Shown here piece by piece: positions 1-11,571 of a DNA stretch of 42,086 nt (position 1 is the first letter of the stretch; each line of letters opens with the position of its first letter). The position numbers and the translations under genes were made by a program. Source of the stretch: Octopus bimaculoides (Eukaryota); contig NC_068989.1 in assembly GCF_001194135.2 (NCBI RefSeq), positions 76,610,607-76,652,692 of the forward strand. Direction: 5' to 3'. The notes beneath the pieces are model-generated. The model was not told where the DNA came from and ran no database searches. It saw only the letters and a program-made list of their open reading frames with translations.

Positions 1-1
1 T

Positions 2-319
2 AGTGGTGGTATCAGTGGTGAGGACAGTGGTTTTGTTAGCAAGGACATTTGTGTCCTTGTTGTTGTTGTTGTTATTGTTGTTGTTGTTGTTGTTGTTATT
101 GTTGTTGTTGTTTTCATTGGTGACGGTGGCAGGCAAGACTGCTGTAGCAGCAGAGTTTTTACACGTGATGGTGGTAGTGATGGTGGTTGAGGCAGCAGCA
201 GTAGATTCAGAATCGTTGCTCTTCTCCACCACCTGTCTGCGTTCATGTGGAACGGCATTAAGCTCTTTCGCCTCTGGCATTAGAGGCGGGAAATCGGACT
301 TGTTGTATACCATAGCCAT
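2..319 (-). CDS. Partial ORF, open to the window edge: N-terminus of a T/N/A-rich low-complexity protein (host gene or retrotransposon ORF1-like)
   Basis: Manual translation of the minus strand from ATG at 319 (context aaatATGG) gives MAMVYNKSDFPPLMPEAKELNAVPHERRQVVEKSNDSESTAAASTTITTTITCKNSAATAVLPATVTNEN(n)KDTNVLANKTTVLTTDTTT, 106 codons with no stop to position 2. There is an upstream in-frame stop at 383-385. It is absent from the ORF track because it has no stop in the window. Confidence 0.5.
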   Translation of the reverse strand, partial: MAMVYNKSDFPPLMPEAKELNAVPHERRQVVEKSNDSESTAAASTTITTTITCKNSAATAVLPATVTNENNNNNNNNNNNNNNNNNNKDTNVLANKTTVLTTDTTT

Positions 320-339
320 ATTTGCTTTACAGCATATGG

Positions 340-502
340 CTAGGATCGAGAAAGATGTTTTTGAATTTTTGGAAATAAGGCTCTAAATAGAGCTATTTCC
401 GATTTGAAAAATATAAGTTCACAAAGTATTTTGTGTTATACACAACGTATACAAAATTTAAAAACAAAATAGGTCCTTTAAGAGGTGAAAAATGCAACTT
501 AC
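340..502 (-). other. Putative 5'UTR intron upstream of the left-edge ORF
   Basis: Minus-strand donor cccat|GTAAGT (plus acttac 497-502) and acceptor catctttctcgatccTAG| (ends at plus 340), 21 nt before ATG 319. Confidence 0.3.
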
Positions 503-541
503 ATGGGAGTCGATGTGTCTACCCTCCGTCCATGACGAGAT

Positions 542-581
542 TAGATAGATAGATATGTAAATAGATAGACCGATAGATGAG

Positions 582-620
<39 letters not shown>

Positions 621-634
621 GTAGATAGATAGAT
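542..634 (+). repeat. (GATA)n microsatellite
   Basis: Direct reading; purest between about 582 and 633. Confidence 0.95.
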
Positions 635-864
635 GGTTAAATAGATAAATAAAGAGATAGTTAGGCAGCTATTTTATATGTTGATTAATTTATTGTAGCT
701 TCTGTATGATTGTGAATATCTCTTATCGAACCCCTGAAGACTCACGCACATTTCCACACACTACATAACCCCATCCAAACAAACAGATACACACACACAC
801 GTTAGTGGTTTCGACAACAGATATTCTAAATCATACATAAACTACAAGAAATTAACTATAATAA

Positions 865-960
<96 letters not shown>
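865..960 (+). repeat. Compound (TATC)n(TGTC)n microsatellite
   Basis: Direct reading. Confidence 0.95.
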
Positions 961-963
<3 letters not shown>

Positions 964-1303
964 ATACCTATCTAGTTATCCGTACATACATGCATACATA
1001 CATAAATACATACATAGCTATGTACTTTAACTAATACAGTTTGATAATTGATGATGAGCATAAACATACTAGTAGGCAATATGAAGCGTGATACAAATAA
1101 CCAATAATTAATAAAAAAAAAAAATTGCAGTAAATATTTAATATTGCTAGTGAGTGAAGGCGTTGAATGTTAGTCTATGGGAAGTAACTCCTAGCATACA
1201 TGTATATAAGGAAACAAGAGTTTTTTCCCCTTGGATATAATATTACTGCAGCAAAATCTAAGTTGTCTCCTATGTATATCTATTTTTTTGTTGTTTTTGT
1301 TTA

Positions 1304-1675
1304 TTCTTTTACTTGTTTCAGACATTTAAAGGGTCTTCGTTGAAGAAATCAACCCCAGTACCTATTTTTGTTAGCCTAGTACTTATTCTATCGTACATTC
1401 TTACCGAACCGCTAAGTTACGGGGACATAAACACACTAGTATCTGTTGTCAAGCGATGGCGCGGGGATGGCGTACAAACACAGATGCACACACACACACT
1501 CACACACACACACACATGCATATATACCAGGCTTCTTTGAGTTTCCGTCTACCAAACCCACTCACAAGGTTTTGGTCGAAGAAGATATGGTAAAAGACTA
1601 CGGTTCTATGTGCTGTGCAGTGGGAATGAACTCGGAATTATGTGGTTGGGGAGCAAGATTCTTACCACACAGCAA
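1304..1675 (-). mobile_element. tRNA-derived SINE, family A (CORE-like middle, internal CA/TA microsatellite)
   Basis: Shares blocks acttgtttcag, aagttacggggac, tttccgtctacc and cttaccacacagc with the copies at 3547, 34100, 36084 and 41571. Confidence 0.85.
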
Positions 1676-2184
1676 CAGCAGCTTATATTAAAATGTTTAA
1701 CGTTGAAAGTGAACGAATGCGCATATTTTTGTCAGAAAATATACCAAACCATATATTGTTGCTGGGAACGATCGCTAAATTAGCAGAATAATTTAACGTC
1801 TAATTAAGGGTGTACAACAAAGTAATCGTCGATCGTTATTACACTTGGAACGTAAAGGAGGCTTGGCTAATTATATATTACTCGCGGGACGCGTGAATAT
1901 TTCACGGAATAAGTGGTTGACTTATTGGGTTATTTCTGAAAACTTTTTCCAAAAAGTCTGAAAGCATAGCCTGTGTTGTGTACGGAAATATAGTCGCTCA
2001 CCTGCTAATCATTGAAAAGTGAAGCGAAGTAAAATACGACGATCGCTTAATGTAGTTTATATATACTTAATGCACAATTGTATACACTTAATTCGCAGTA
2101 CTCTCCCTCTTCGCCTTATCCTCTTTTTCTCTCTCCTTTTTCTTTCAGAGTGCTTGGGTGTCAATCTGAGGGCAGTGCAATCTG

Positions 2185-2799
2185 GAGACATGTACCGAAA
2201 GTGATAAAAATCACACATCCAATCAAAATCATGGCGTTTGGAGTGATCACTAGTGATGGCGAAGGTATGCCACCATTTCTCTTTACACAGGGCCTCACAT
2301 TCAAGAAGGAAGCCTACATCAAGTGCCTGATGGAGGTTGTACTGTCCTGGGTCAAGAGTGTGGCTGATGGTAGACTCTGGTTGCAGGACTCTGCACCATG
2401 CCACACAAGACAATTTCTGTCAGACGATTTCTGCGACCACATTACCCGTAACATCTGCCCACCCAACTCCCCAGACGGTAACCCCCTTGGCTATTATGTG
2501 TGGAGTGCAGTTGAGCAAGAGACCTACAAAACTTCTTGTAACACCAAAGACGAACTGAAGGCAAGGAGTATGATAGTATTCACCAACTTAAACAATGAGA
2601 ACGTCCAGAAGAGTAGCAGGAGGTTCCGAAGTTGTCTGGAGGCCGTGGTTGAAGCCAAATGGCAATTTTATTGAATAAATTCACTCTTTAGTATTCCAAG
2701 ATATTTTTATGTGATTTTGGTAAATATATCTGTTAAAATGAGATGTCAGTGTTATTTTCATTTTTGCGTAATTTAGACGACAGTCCATTCACCGCACCC

Positions 2800-2803
<4 letters not shown>
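2185..2803 (+). mobile_element. Tc1/mariner DD37D (maT-like) transposase pseudogene with 3' terminus
   Basis: ORF 2078-2674 contains IMAFGVITSDG..MPPFLF, WLQDSAPCHT and CPPNSPDGNPLGYYVW..VEQETYK..CNTKDEL. The third catalytic D has become G, and the D-to-G spacer is 33 aa, versus 37 in DD37D (small deletion). A terminus-like cgcaccctc|TA lies at about 2793-2803 and abuts (TATC)n. Confidence 0.85.
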
Positions 2804-2876
<73 letters not shown>

Positions 2877-2877
2877 A
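2801..2877 (+). repeat. (TATC)n microsatellite at the transposon end
   Basis: Direct reading. Confidence 0.95.
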
Positions 2878-3546
2878 TGTAAAACCAAGAAAGAGAGAAC
2901 AAATTTCAAATGTCAGTGTTCATATTCAATCAATATATTTCAAAGCGTCGGAATACTCCACAGCACACATAGGTGCATTCATATACACAAGTTATAATAT
3001 AAAAATTCATAAATATATAAATACACAAATGTTCTTGCTAGGTTGTATGTCCGTATTAAAATCAATCTGGATATTAAAATATGAGGATGCTGAATGTATA
3101 GCAGTGATCCAAATAGATGTGCATGTTGGTATAAAATGATTTTAAAAAGAATCTTCAGCAGGTGCTGTATAAGGGGAAAATTATCCCATTGATTTCTTCA
3201 TTGGATTAGAAAAACAGCCGACAACTGATGAAGAGTCGTTTTTTTATGTGCTGATCAATCTGATCCCCTAGAGTGATGCGTATTAAATTTCCAGCTACTA
3301 CGATGGGTTCAGAAGTGACGATTAAAGAAGCTCATGTCATGCAAACATCCATCTTTTCACAGTCTTAGAATTAATGCAGTTGAATACGTACAAACATGCT
3401 TATATATGTTTACATATATGACGTAATATGTATATATACATACATACACATACACACACACATGCATACACACACATGCATACACACACACATGCATACA
3501 CACACACACACACGCACACATACACACACACACATTTATATATATA

Positions 3547-3965
3547 CTTTTTTACTCTTTTACTTGTTTCAGTCATTTGACTGTGGTCATGCAGGAGCAC
3601 CGCCTTTAGTCGGGAAAATCGACCCCAGGACATATTCTTTGTAATCCTAGTACTTAGTGTATTGGTCTCTTTTGCAGAACTGCGAAGTTACGGGGACGTA
3701 AACACACTAGCATCGGTTGACAAGCGACATCGGGGAGACAAACACGGACACACAAACGTACACACNNNNNNNNNNNNNNNNNNNNNNNNNNNNNNNNNNN
3801 NNNNNNNNTATATATATATATGTATGTATATATACATATATACGATGAGCTTCTTTCAGTTTCTGTCTACCAAATCCACTCACAAGACTTTGGTCGGCCC
3901 GGGGCTATAGTAGAAGACACTTGCCCACAGTGCCACGCAGTGGGACTGAACCCAGAACCATGTGG
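3547..3965 (-). mobile_element. SINE family A, head truncated; assembly gap in its internal microsatellite
   Basis: tttactcttttacttgtttcagtcatttgactg... to ...gggactgaacccagaaccatgtgg; matches the 36084-36537 copy. Confidence 0.9.
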
Positions 3966-4009
3966 TATATATACATAAACGCACACACACACACACACAC
4001 ACACACACT

Positions 4010-4365
4010 GTACTACGTCTTCGAACTATGTATATTTTGTTCATATTCAGGCCTGCTGCTAAGCTATAGATGCATAGTTCTATCAGCCTTCTCTGACACT
4101 TATCTATTGCCTCAACGGTCATCTATGACTTACGATATTATATACAAATCGCTGGTCTGTTAGTAGCTTGCCGTTGATGTTGACGCCACTTGTCCAGCTA
4201 TTGTTTCTGGTTGCCATTTCTGGACAGGCGGTGAAGAGATATGGAGGGTTGGTATGTCCTTGTTGACACCTTTCCGAATGAGAATTCATACGGTTGGTGA
4301 TAGTAAAACTATACCTGCGATGTATCTGAAGTTTTCCACTCTGATCACTTTGGTGTATTGCATCT
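4010..4365 (-). pseudogene. RTE-clade LINE reverse transcriptase core fragment
   Basis: Minus strand reads RKGV/QQGHTNPPYLFTACPEMATRNNSWTSGVNINGKLLTDQRFVYNIV.../..AAGLNMNK. This corresponds to the RTE consensus GVRQGDTISPKLFTA..GININGERL.HLRFADDIV..GLKIN, with the catalytic motif decayed. Confidence 0.75.
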
Positions 4366-4399
4366 CGACTACTTCATTTTCAGAAATTTCATTACTGCA

Positions 4400-4700
4400 T
4401 ACATCTCATTGTTATGGAAGGCTTATTTCATACCATCAAAAAATGGCGTACAGAATATCATTGCAAGAGTATATCTGAAATCAATATGTAAACGCGGTGC
4501 AGAGAACAGTATAATTTACAGTACACCGAAAAAAAAAAAACGATGGGCTGGACATATAGCACGTTTCACAGATAGCAAGTGGATTCCTGTAATTGACGAG
4601 TATTATCCAAAAGATCATAGACCCTCCATGAAAATAAGAACACGAATCAATTAAACGATTTGAGCCAACATGCAATCAAGAAAGAATTGGACGCGCATTG
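4400..4700 (+). pseudogene. RTE-clade LINE C-terminal fragment
   Basis: ISLQEYI followed by KRWAGHIARFTDSKW..EYYPKD (RWAGHIAR at 4541-4564), the typical RTE RWAGHVAR..RW..W.P region. Confidence 0.75.
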
Positions 4701-4877
4701 TGTCTAACGGTGTTCTATCAGCATCCGATTTTCTGTTCAATACAGTTGGTCTTTTCCATCAAGAAAGATTTTAAACCTAATACTTATACACTATCATTTA
4801 CAGCTTTACAAGTTATATAGTTAAAAACGAGTTGTTTCACGTTCTCTGGAATGTTTCTGAATTCCTATGAAGTAAAC

Positions 4878-4878
<1 letters not shown>

Positions 4879-4943
<65 letters not shown>

Positions 4944-5704
4944 NNNNNNNNNNNNNNNNNNNNNNNNNNNNNNNNNNNNNNNNNNNNNNNNNNNNNNNNN
5001 NNNNNNNNNNNNNNNNNNNNNNNNNNNNNNNNNNNNNNNNNNNNNNNNNNNNNNNNNNNNNNNNNNNNNNNNNNNNNNNNNNNNNNNNNNNNNNNNNNNN
5101 NNNNNNNNNNNNNNNNNNNNNNNNNNNNNNNNNNNNNNNNNNNNNNNNNNNNNNNNNNNNNNNNNNNNNNNNNNNNNNNNNNNNNNNNNNNNNNNNNNNN
5201 NNNNNNNNNNNNNNNNNNNNNNNNNNNNNNNNNNNNNNNNNNNNNNNNNNNNNNNNNNNNNNNNNNNNNNNNNNNNNNNNNNNNNNNNNNNNNNNNNNNN
5301 NNNNNNNNNNNNNNNNNNNNNNNNNNNNNNNNNNNNNNNNNNNNNNNNNNNNNNNNNNNNNNNNNNNNNNNNNNNNNNNNNNNNNNNNNNNNNNNNNNNN
5401 NNNNNNNNNNNNNNNNNNNNNNNNNNNNNNNNNNNNNNNNNNNNNNNNNNNNNNNNNNNNNNNNNNNNNNNNNNNNNNNNNNNNNNNNNNNNNNNNNNNN
5501 NNNNNNNNNNNNNNNNNNNNNNNNNNNNNNNNNNNNNNNNNNNNNNNNNNNNNNNNNNNNNNNNNNNNNNNNNNNNNNNNNNNNNNNNNNNNNNNNNNNN
5601 NNNNNNNNNNNNNNNNNNNNNNNNNNNNNNNNNNNNNNNNNNNNNNNNNNNNNNNNNNNNNNNNNNNNNNNNNNNNNNNNNNNNNNNNNNNNNNNNNNNN
5701 NNNN

Positions 5705-5743
<39 letters not shown>

Positions 5744-5790
5744 GCACACACACACATACACACACACACACGCATACACACACAAACACA
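4879..5790. repeat. (CA)n tract spanning an assembly gap (N 4944-5704)
   Basis: CA repeats on both sides of the N-run. Confidence 0.9.
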
Positions 5791-6839
5791 AGCACATCCA
5801 AGCACAAGTATATATAAATATATATACATAAACCTATACACACACACCCGTTTATACATACAGACGTATACACATAGAGAGAGAGAGAGCGGGAGAGAGA
5901 GGGAGGGAGGGAATAATTGTATGTTTCTGTTTTATGTTGTGTGTGTTGAAGAAATGAATATACTCTACATTTACTTCTAGATTTTTTTAAAATTAATTTT
6001 AACTCCTCATTAGTAACGATCAATTTTCAAAGACCTTTTATGACTTTCCCTAGTCTTATCTTCTCTCTGTGAAACATCTCTTATTGCCGATTATATGGTA
6101 GGCACGAATCATGAAAACGCTTCATTGTCAGTTTCGTATTCATTATCGTTGTTTCCCATTTGTTATCGTAGGACTTTAAGTTTTCTGACTGTTGACATAT
6201 AACCTGTTACCTCACCAATCACATCTTACAAACTCACACATGACACATCTCGTTTCTTTTCAACCAACACATCTTTCACCATTTATCTTAAAGCCCATCT
6301 GTTATGTTGAGGTTGCAGTCTATATTGTACCTATGCTCTTAAGGTGGCCTTTGTATGTGTACAGACTTTACTCTGCCATAATGAATACTGCTTACAATGT
6401 CTAGTAAAATTAGAAGACTACTGCAAACTTAAGGGCTTTTATAAAGGGGTAAAACTGTCTACCTATATTATAGGAGGCAGTTGGTGATACATTTTCATTC
6501 TTGTAAAACCATTTCTTGAAATAGGTAAATTAAACTTTCTCGTTTACAAACCCTCCTGTCCCATGCAGTATAGTTGATATTTTTGGCTTCTACTGAAATG
6601 TATTACCATAAGTGTGGTTGAATTTTGCCACAAACATAAGAGCTTTGTAAATAGCCACCTCACAGATAAAACTTTCAAATTTGCTACAAGCATCGAACCC
6701 ACCTGAATGCTACATTAACTTTGCGAATCACCACTAAAAAGGTTCAAGTGTGACTGGTTAGACAATGCCGCCTTTATTACACTTTATTCATCCACCCACA
6801 GCAGGCATATATTGCTTCAGTCTTCAGGCTCTTCAATTG

Positions 6840-7450
6840 TTGTACCTGGACACGAATATATCTGGAGCATTCAAAATCCACTAACGTGTGATTAATTTTT
6901 CAGGAAGCTATCGACTTAGCATTCTCAAATTTTACCTATGAAAAGTGATGGAAACAATCGAAAAAGATCTCATTCACCATCCTCAGATACTATTACTGTT
7001 ACTATTTTTGTAGGGTTTGTTACAGGTGCTACAATAAGATATATTTTCATCCACCCATAGATACCGGTAATATTCTTTGCCGGATACAGGGGAAAATATT
7101 CGACTCTGTCTAGTACATGGGCACCTAGTCTAAGCACCATTCTCCCACACTATCGTTATTAATACACCCCAATGTTCAGTTATATCAATGATATTCTACC
7201 AACTGCACATCAAAAACCTCTTTGATGTCCTATCTAAGAACAATTGTTTCACTATTGCTGATTCCTTTCCTGACAGTCATCTAGGATTCAAAACACAGTA
7301 ATATTTGTGCAAATATCACCTCAACATCTCACAGCAAATCTGCACTATATCCATGAACAGAGACTTCGAGAACATTTACCAATGGGAATATAAAAATAGT
7401 GTCCCCTTCAGCAATGCACTGGCATAATCACCGTGCACATCCAGAAAACA
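6840..7450 (+). pseudogene. Highly decayed CR1/L2-group LINE reverse transcriptase relic
   Basis: Collinear frameshifted motifs KVMETI (6942-6959), YINDIL (7181-7198) and SMNRDFENIYQW (7350-7385) resemble SKVMETII, YINDL and SLN.DL..I.QW. The first two are closer than expected, implying an internal deletion. Confidence 0.45.
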
Positions 7451-8365
7451 AGAAATTTCTTACTGCAAATCTCATATAAATGTAATAATCCATCCTTCTA
7501 CTATTACCGTCTCCGATGAAGGGATACATTGGATTTTCCCTGAAACAGTTGTAAGACATTCTACATAAAATATAAATTTACTTATGCCATTCTTCTCTTT
7601 ATCTCTTTCTTTTTATAGATACATAGATACATACATACATACATATATACATACATACANNNNNNNNNNNNNNNNNNNNNNNNNNNNNNNNNNNNNNNNN
7701 NNNNNNNNNNNNNNNNNNNNNNNNNNNNNNNNNNNNNNNNNNNNNNNNNNNNNNNNNNNNNNNNNNNNNNNNNNNNNNNNNNNNNNNNNNNNNNNNNNNN
7801 NNNNNNNNNNNNNNNNNNNNNNNNNNNNNNNNNNNNNNNNNNNNNNNNNNNNNNNNNNNNNNNNNNNNNNNNNNNNNNNNNNNNNNNNNNNNNNNNNNNN
7901 NNNNNNNNNNNNNNNNNNNNNNNNNNNNNNNNNNNNNNNNNNNNNNNNNNNNNNNNNNNNNNNNNNNNNNNNNNNNNNNNNNNNNNNNNNNNNNNNNNNN
8001 NNNNNNNNNNNNNNNNNNNNNNNNNNNNNNNNNNNNNNNNNNNNNNNNNNNNNNNNNNNNNNNNNNNNNNNNNNNNNNNNNNNATCTATGTGTGGTGGAC
8101 ATTCACGCGGATTTCTATATATGAATGACCAGTTATTCAATACGAAGCACTTCATAAAATCAAATGTACCTGTATATATTTCTGAATCGAAAAATTAACC
8201 CATGTCGGATGTTTTTTTTTTTTTTATTTCACTTGGTGATAGCCTTGTCTGAATTACATATTCTTTCTTTCATTTTCGATTGTACATCAAGTAGATGTTA
8301 CTTATTTGTTGAAATATGTGACCTGGAGGAAGTTAAAATTACGAGTGAATGTTGGAATGTGCCAT

Positions 8366-8505
8366 AAGTGATGGATTGGCAGAATCGTTAGAGCCTTCAG
8401 ACAAAATGTCTTACAACTTTTTTGTTCTGAATTGAGACGCTAGCGAGGCAAACTTTAACTTCCATCATTTCGAGGTTGGAAAAACGTGAAATACTAGTCA
8501 AGTGC
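8366..8505 (+). mobile_element. SINE family B, degenerate 5' part
   Basis: tggcagaatcgttag...ttctgaattgaga...ctttaacttccatc aligns with the cleaner copies at 13512 and 13742. Confidence 0.6.
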
Positions 8506-8904
8506 AAGGTCTTATTTAATTGACTGACCACTCGCCTTGTATTAGAAAATATTATGCAGTTTCTTCCTAAATAACTGAAAGACTATTGCGGCTTAAAAAC
8601 TTTCTATATAGAATCACTTATTCCGTTATGAATGTGAGAAACTTTGGCACTTATTTTTGAATGGAAAAAAATGGCCCCACGAGCAGTGTATTTTAAGAAA
8701 CAGCTTTTGACGTTTGCCCACTTTGCAAATATGTCAAGTCTAGAGAGTAAATAACCCCAGAAATATCACTTCCTTTTGTACAAAAACTTATTTGGAGGTC
8801 AGTACGAGGAGAAACCTGTAAAACGTAGAGTTACAATAAGTGTATCAACTTATCTAAAGAAATATGATGTTATGTCTAAAATTAACTGTGTTTAGTAGGC
8901 GACT

Positions 8905-9291
8905 GGAGGTGCAATGGACCAGTGGTTAGGGCAGCGGACTCGCGGTCATAGGATCGCGGTTTCGATTCCCAGACCGGGCGTTGTGAGTGTTTATTGAGCG
9001 AAAACACCTAAAGCCCCACGAGGCTCCGGCAGGGGATGGTGGCGAACCCTGCTGTACTCTTTCACCACGACTTTCTCTCACTCTTACTTCCTGTTTCTGT
9101 TGTGCCTGTAATTCAAAGGGTCAGCCTTGTCACACTGTGTCACGCTGAATATCCCCGAGAACTACGTTAAGGGTACACGTGTCTGTGGGGTGCTCTGCCA
9201 CTTTCACGTTAATTTCACGAGTAGGCTGTTGCGTTGATCGGATCAACTGGAACCCTCGACGTCGTAAGCGACGGAGTGCCAACAAGAACAC
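8905..9291 (+). mobile_element. Full-length tRNA(Arg)-like SINE, family D, with 11-bp TSD
   Basis: A box tggaccagtgg (8915-8925) and B box ggtttcgattcc (8958-8969); ends ggagtgccaacaagaacac. TSD agtaggcgact at 8894-8904 and 9292-9302. The design matches the tRNA-Arg-derived OR SINEs described from octopus (family identity unverified). Confidence 0.9.
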
Positions 9292-10137
9292 AGTAGGCGA
9301 CTAAATTCTGGGAGTACAACCTGCTTAACCAGATCCCAGCCCGTTTCATGATTAACCTGCTCTAACTGCTGCTAATACTCACCGACGTACATTGCTTGCC
9401 GAAATGAAGTACTACCTCAGTGACACAATGCGCTGCGTATTTCGAGATTCGAACACACGGCCCTAAAGAACATGATCTCAAGAAAGTATATAACCATTAG
9501 GACTTACACCGTTATACGAAAGTATCTGAATTCTTGGAATATATTAAATGCCTTGCACTCTAAGAAATTCCTGTATGAATTGACCTGATAGGTTAATCCT
9601 CTAAGTAAAAACTAAACCTGATGCAAGCATATTTTACGAAATGAATAAAGGTTATTAAAATTTACAGTAGCATCATAAATACTGGATGTTAGACGGGGCG
9701 AAGCCGAATTAGTAAGTGCTGTAAGAAGATAATCTACTAGGTGTTAATAGAGTTGGCAGGTAAAGTTACTTTAGGAGACAAGAAAGCTTTCGACATACAT
9801 CTATTGGGTTTAGTTACTGTGGAGATCAAAATGCTTGCGTCTTGTAATGACCTCATTATAAATTGTGGTATGTTCAGATGAAAGTAAGAAGGAGATTAAA
9901 AAGAGATGAATACACTGCCTCCATGAAACTAATACTCGAAATAATGGACCAGCTTTTCAATTCAGATTTAGAAGACTATTATAAGTTTAAATTGTAAATC
10001 ACTAAATCATTATGCAAATACATAGACACATTTATGTAGACACAGTCACACGCAAGCATACTGACGTATACATATACATACATATATATGTTACAGTCGC
10101 GGGCGCGAGTGTGCGTATGTCTATGTATGTATGTATG

Positions 10138-10177
<40 letters not shown>

Positions 10178-10786
10178 CATTTTCGAGGCTGGTCGAAAGC
10201 TTTATGATTTGACAGTCTTAAGCGGATTCTGACTGCTGTGGCCAATGAAACGCAGTTTATATCGACCAATACATTTTCGGGGATCTACAACATAAATCGT
10301 AATGCACATTTGCCGGATATTTGCTTCATCTTTGTCCTGAATTTTTTTTTATCAACATTTGCTCATTCCATTTAAAAACCTGTGCGTTTGTATGCGTCTG
10401 TTGGTGTTGGTGTGAGTTTCTTCAATACTTATACAAAGATGCGCTTTTGTTTAATAATAAACTAAGAAAAACAAGTAAGAAAAAAAAACAAACGAATGAA
10501 CAAACAAAAGTGTTTCTTTGTTTGATTCAATCAAAACGTGTTGTATATTTTGTGTCTGTATTTTTGTTTTGCTTGTACCACGCACAGCGACAGACATATT
10601 GTTTGTAGGATTTATGCGATATCTTTAGTTTTGTTTACATCATGCACAGTAACGGAAATGCAAACATCGATTAAACTACATATTTTCGCACCTTGATGTT
10701 TGCTCTTCCACATCCTCTCTAATTCTTTTTTGTTTCTTTCACTTTTCGTCTTTCTATAACGCCCTCTCTGTGCCACTATCTCTGGC

Positions 10787-10789
<3 letters not shown>

Positions 10790-10846
<57 letters not shown>
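10790..10846 (+). repeat. (TGTC)n microsatellite
   Basis: Direct reading. Confidence 0.95.
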
Positions 10847-10847
<1 letters not shown>

Positions 10848-11020
10848 ATCTCTCTCCTAGCGTTCTTTAACCATTTTAATACATCTCAGTCCCCTATGCG
10901 ACCAATCTCATTCTCCCTATCTGCGTCTACCTCTTTCTCTTTCACCCATCTCTCTCCAAGCTCTATAATGGTAGGTACTATTCCTCAGCTTCCGTTTTCG
11001 TTTTTATTATTTCATATGTT

Positions 11021-11237
11021 TGAGGTAGCGAGCTGGCAGGACCGATAACATGACGAACAAAATGCTTCGTCCGCATTCGTTCCGGTTTAACATTCTGACT
11101 TCAAATTTCGTAGAGGTTGACTTTGTTTTTTTTATCTTTTAGAGATCAACGAAATAAGTACCATTTGAACACTGGGGTTAATATAATCATCTACTTTCTT
11201 TCCCCAAATCTCAGGCCTTTGTCTATAGCAGAAAGGT
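11021..11237 (+). mobile_element. SINE family B, near full length, diverged
   Basis: gcgagctggcag...ttcaaattt...gttgactttg...aagtacc...cactggggt...caggcctttgtctatagcagaaagg. Confidence 0.8.
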
Positions 11238-11251
11238 TCACATCATTTTGT

Positions 11252-11345
11252 TAAGGCCGCGAGGTGGCTGACTCATTTGGACATCGGACAATTTTTCTGG
11301 CTTTAGGTCCTGATTTCAAACCTGTCGAGGTTAGCTTTGACTTTC
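11252..11345 (+). mobile_element. SINE family B fragment
   Basis: aaggccgcgaggtggctg...ctgatttcaaacctgtcgaggttagctttgactttca. Confidence 0.55.
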
Positions 11346-11571
11346 AGCCTTTTAAAGTGACAGTTGAAGCGCTGGAGGTGGTGTAATCAACTAACACTCT
11401 CTCTTTCACACAAACTGCTGGTCTTGCGCCAAAATTGGAATCCATTATTTCATTCTACTTGCATTCTCAATTCAAATACCCATGAGATCACCTATGCCTT
11501 TCAGGGCCCCGGGCTCGATAAAACAGACTACCAGTTAAGTATAAAATTCGTAAAATCTACTCAGAAGTTTA

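Noticed and set aside
3-386. Plus-strand 127-aa ORF (poly-L/V)
   Set aside because: It starts at a non-ATG codon at the window edge and is the antisense shadow of the better-punctuated minus-strand ORF over a (GTT)n tract.
8905-8980. tRNA-Arg-like sequence (also tRNA-like heads at 36490-36537 and 41574-41634)
   Set aside because: A and B boxes are present, but there is no complete cloverleaf. They continue into SINE bodies, flanked by a TSD in the 8905 case, so they are SINE heads.
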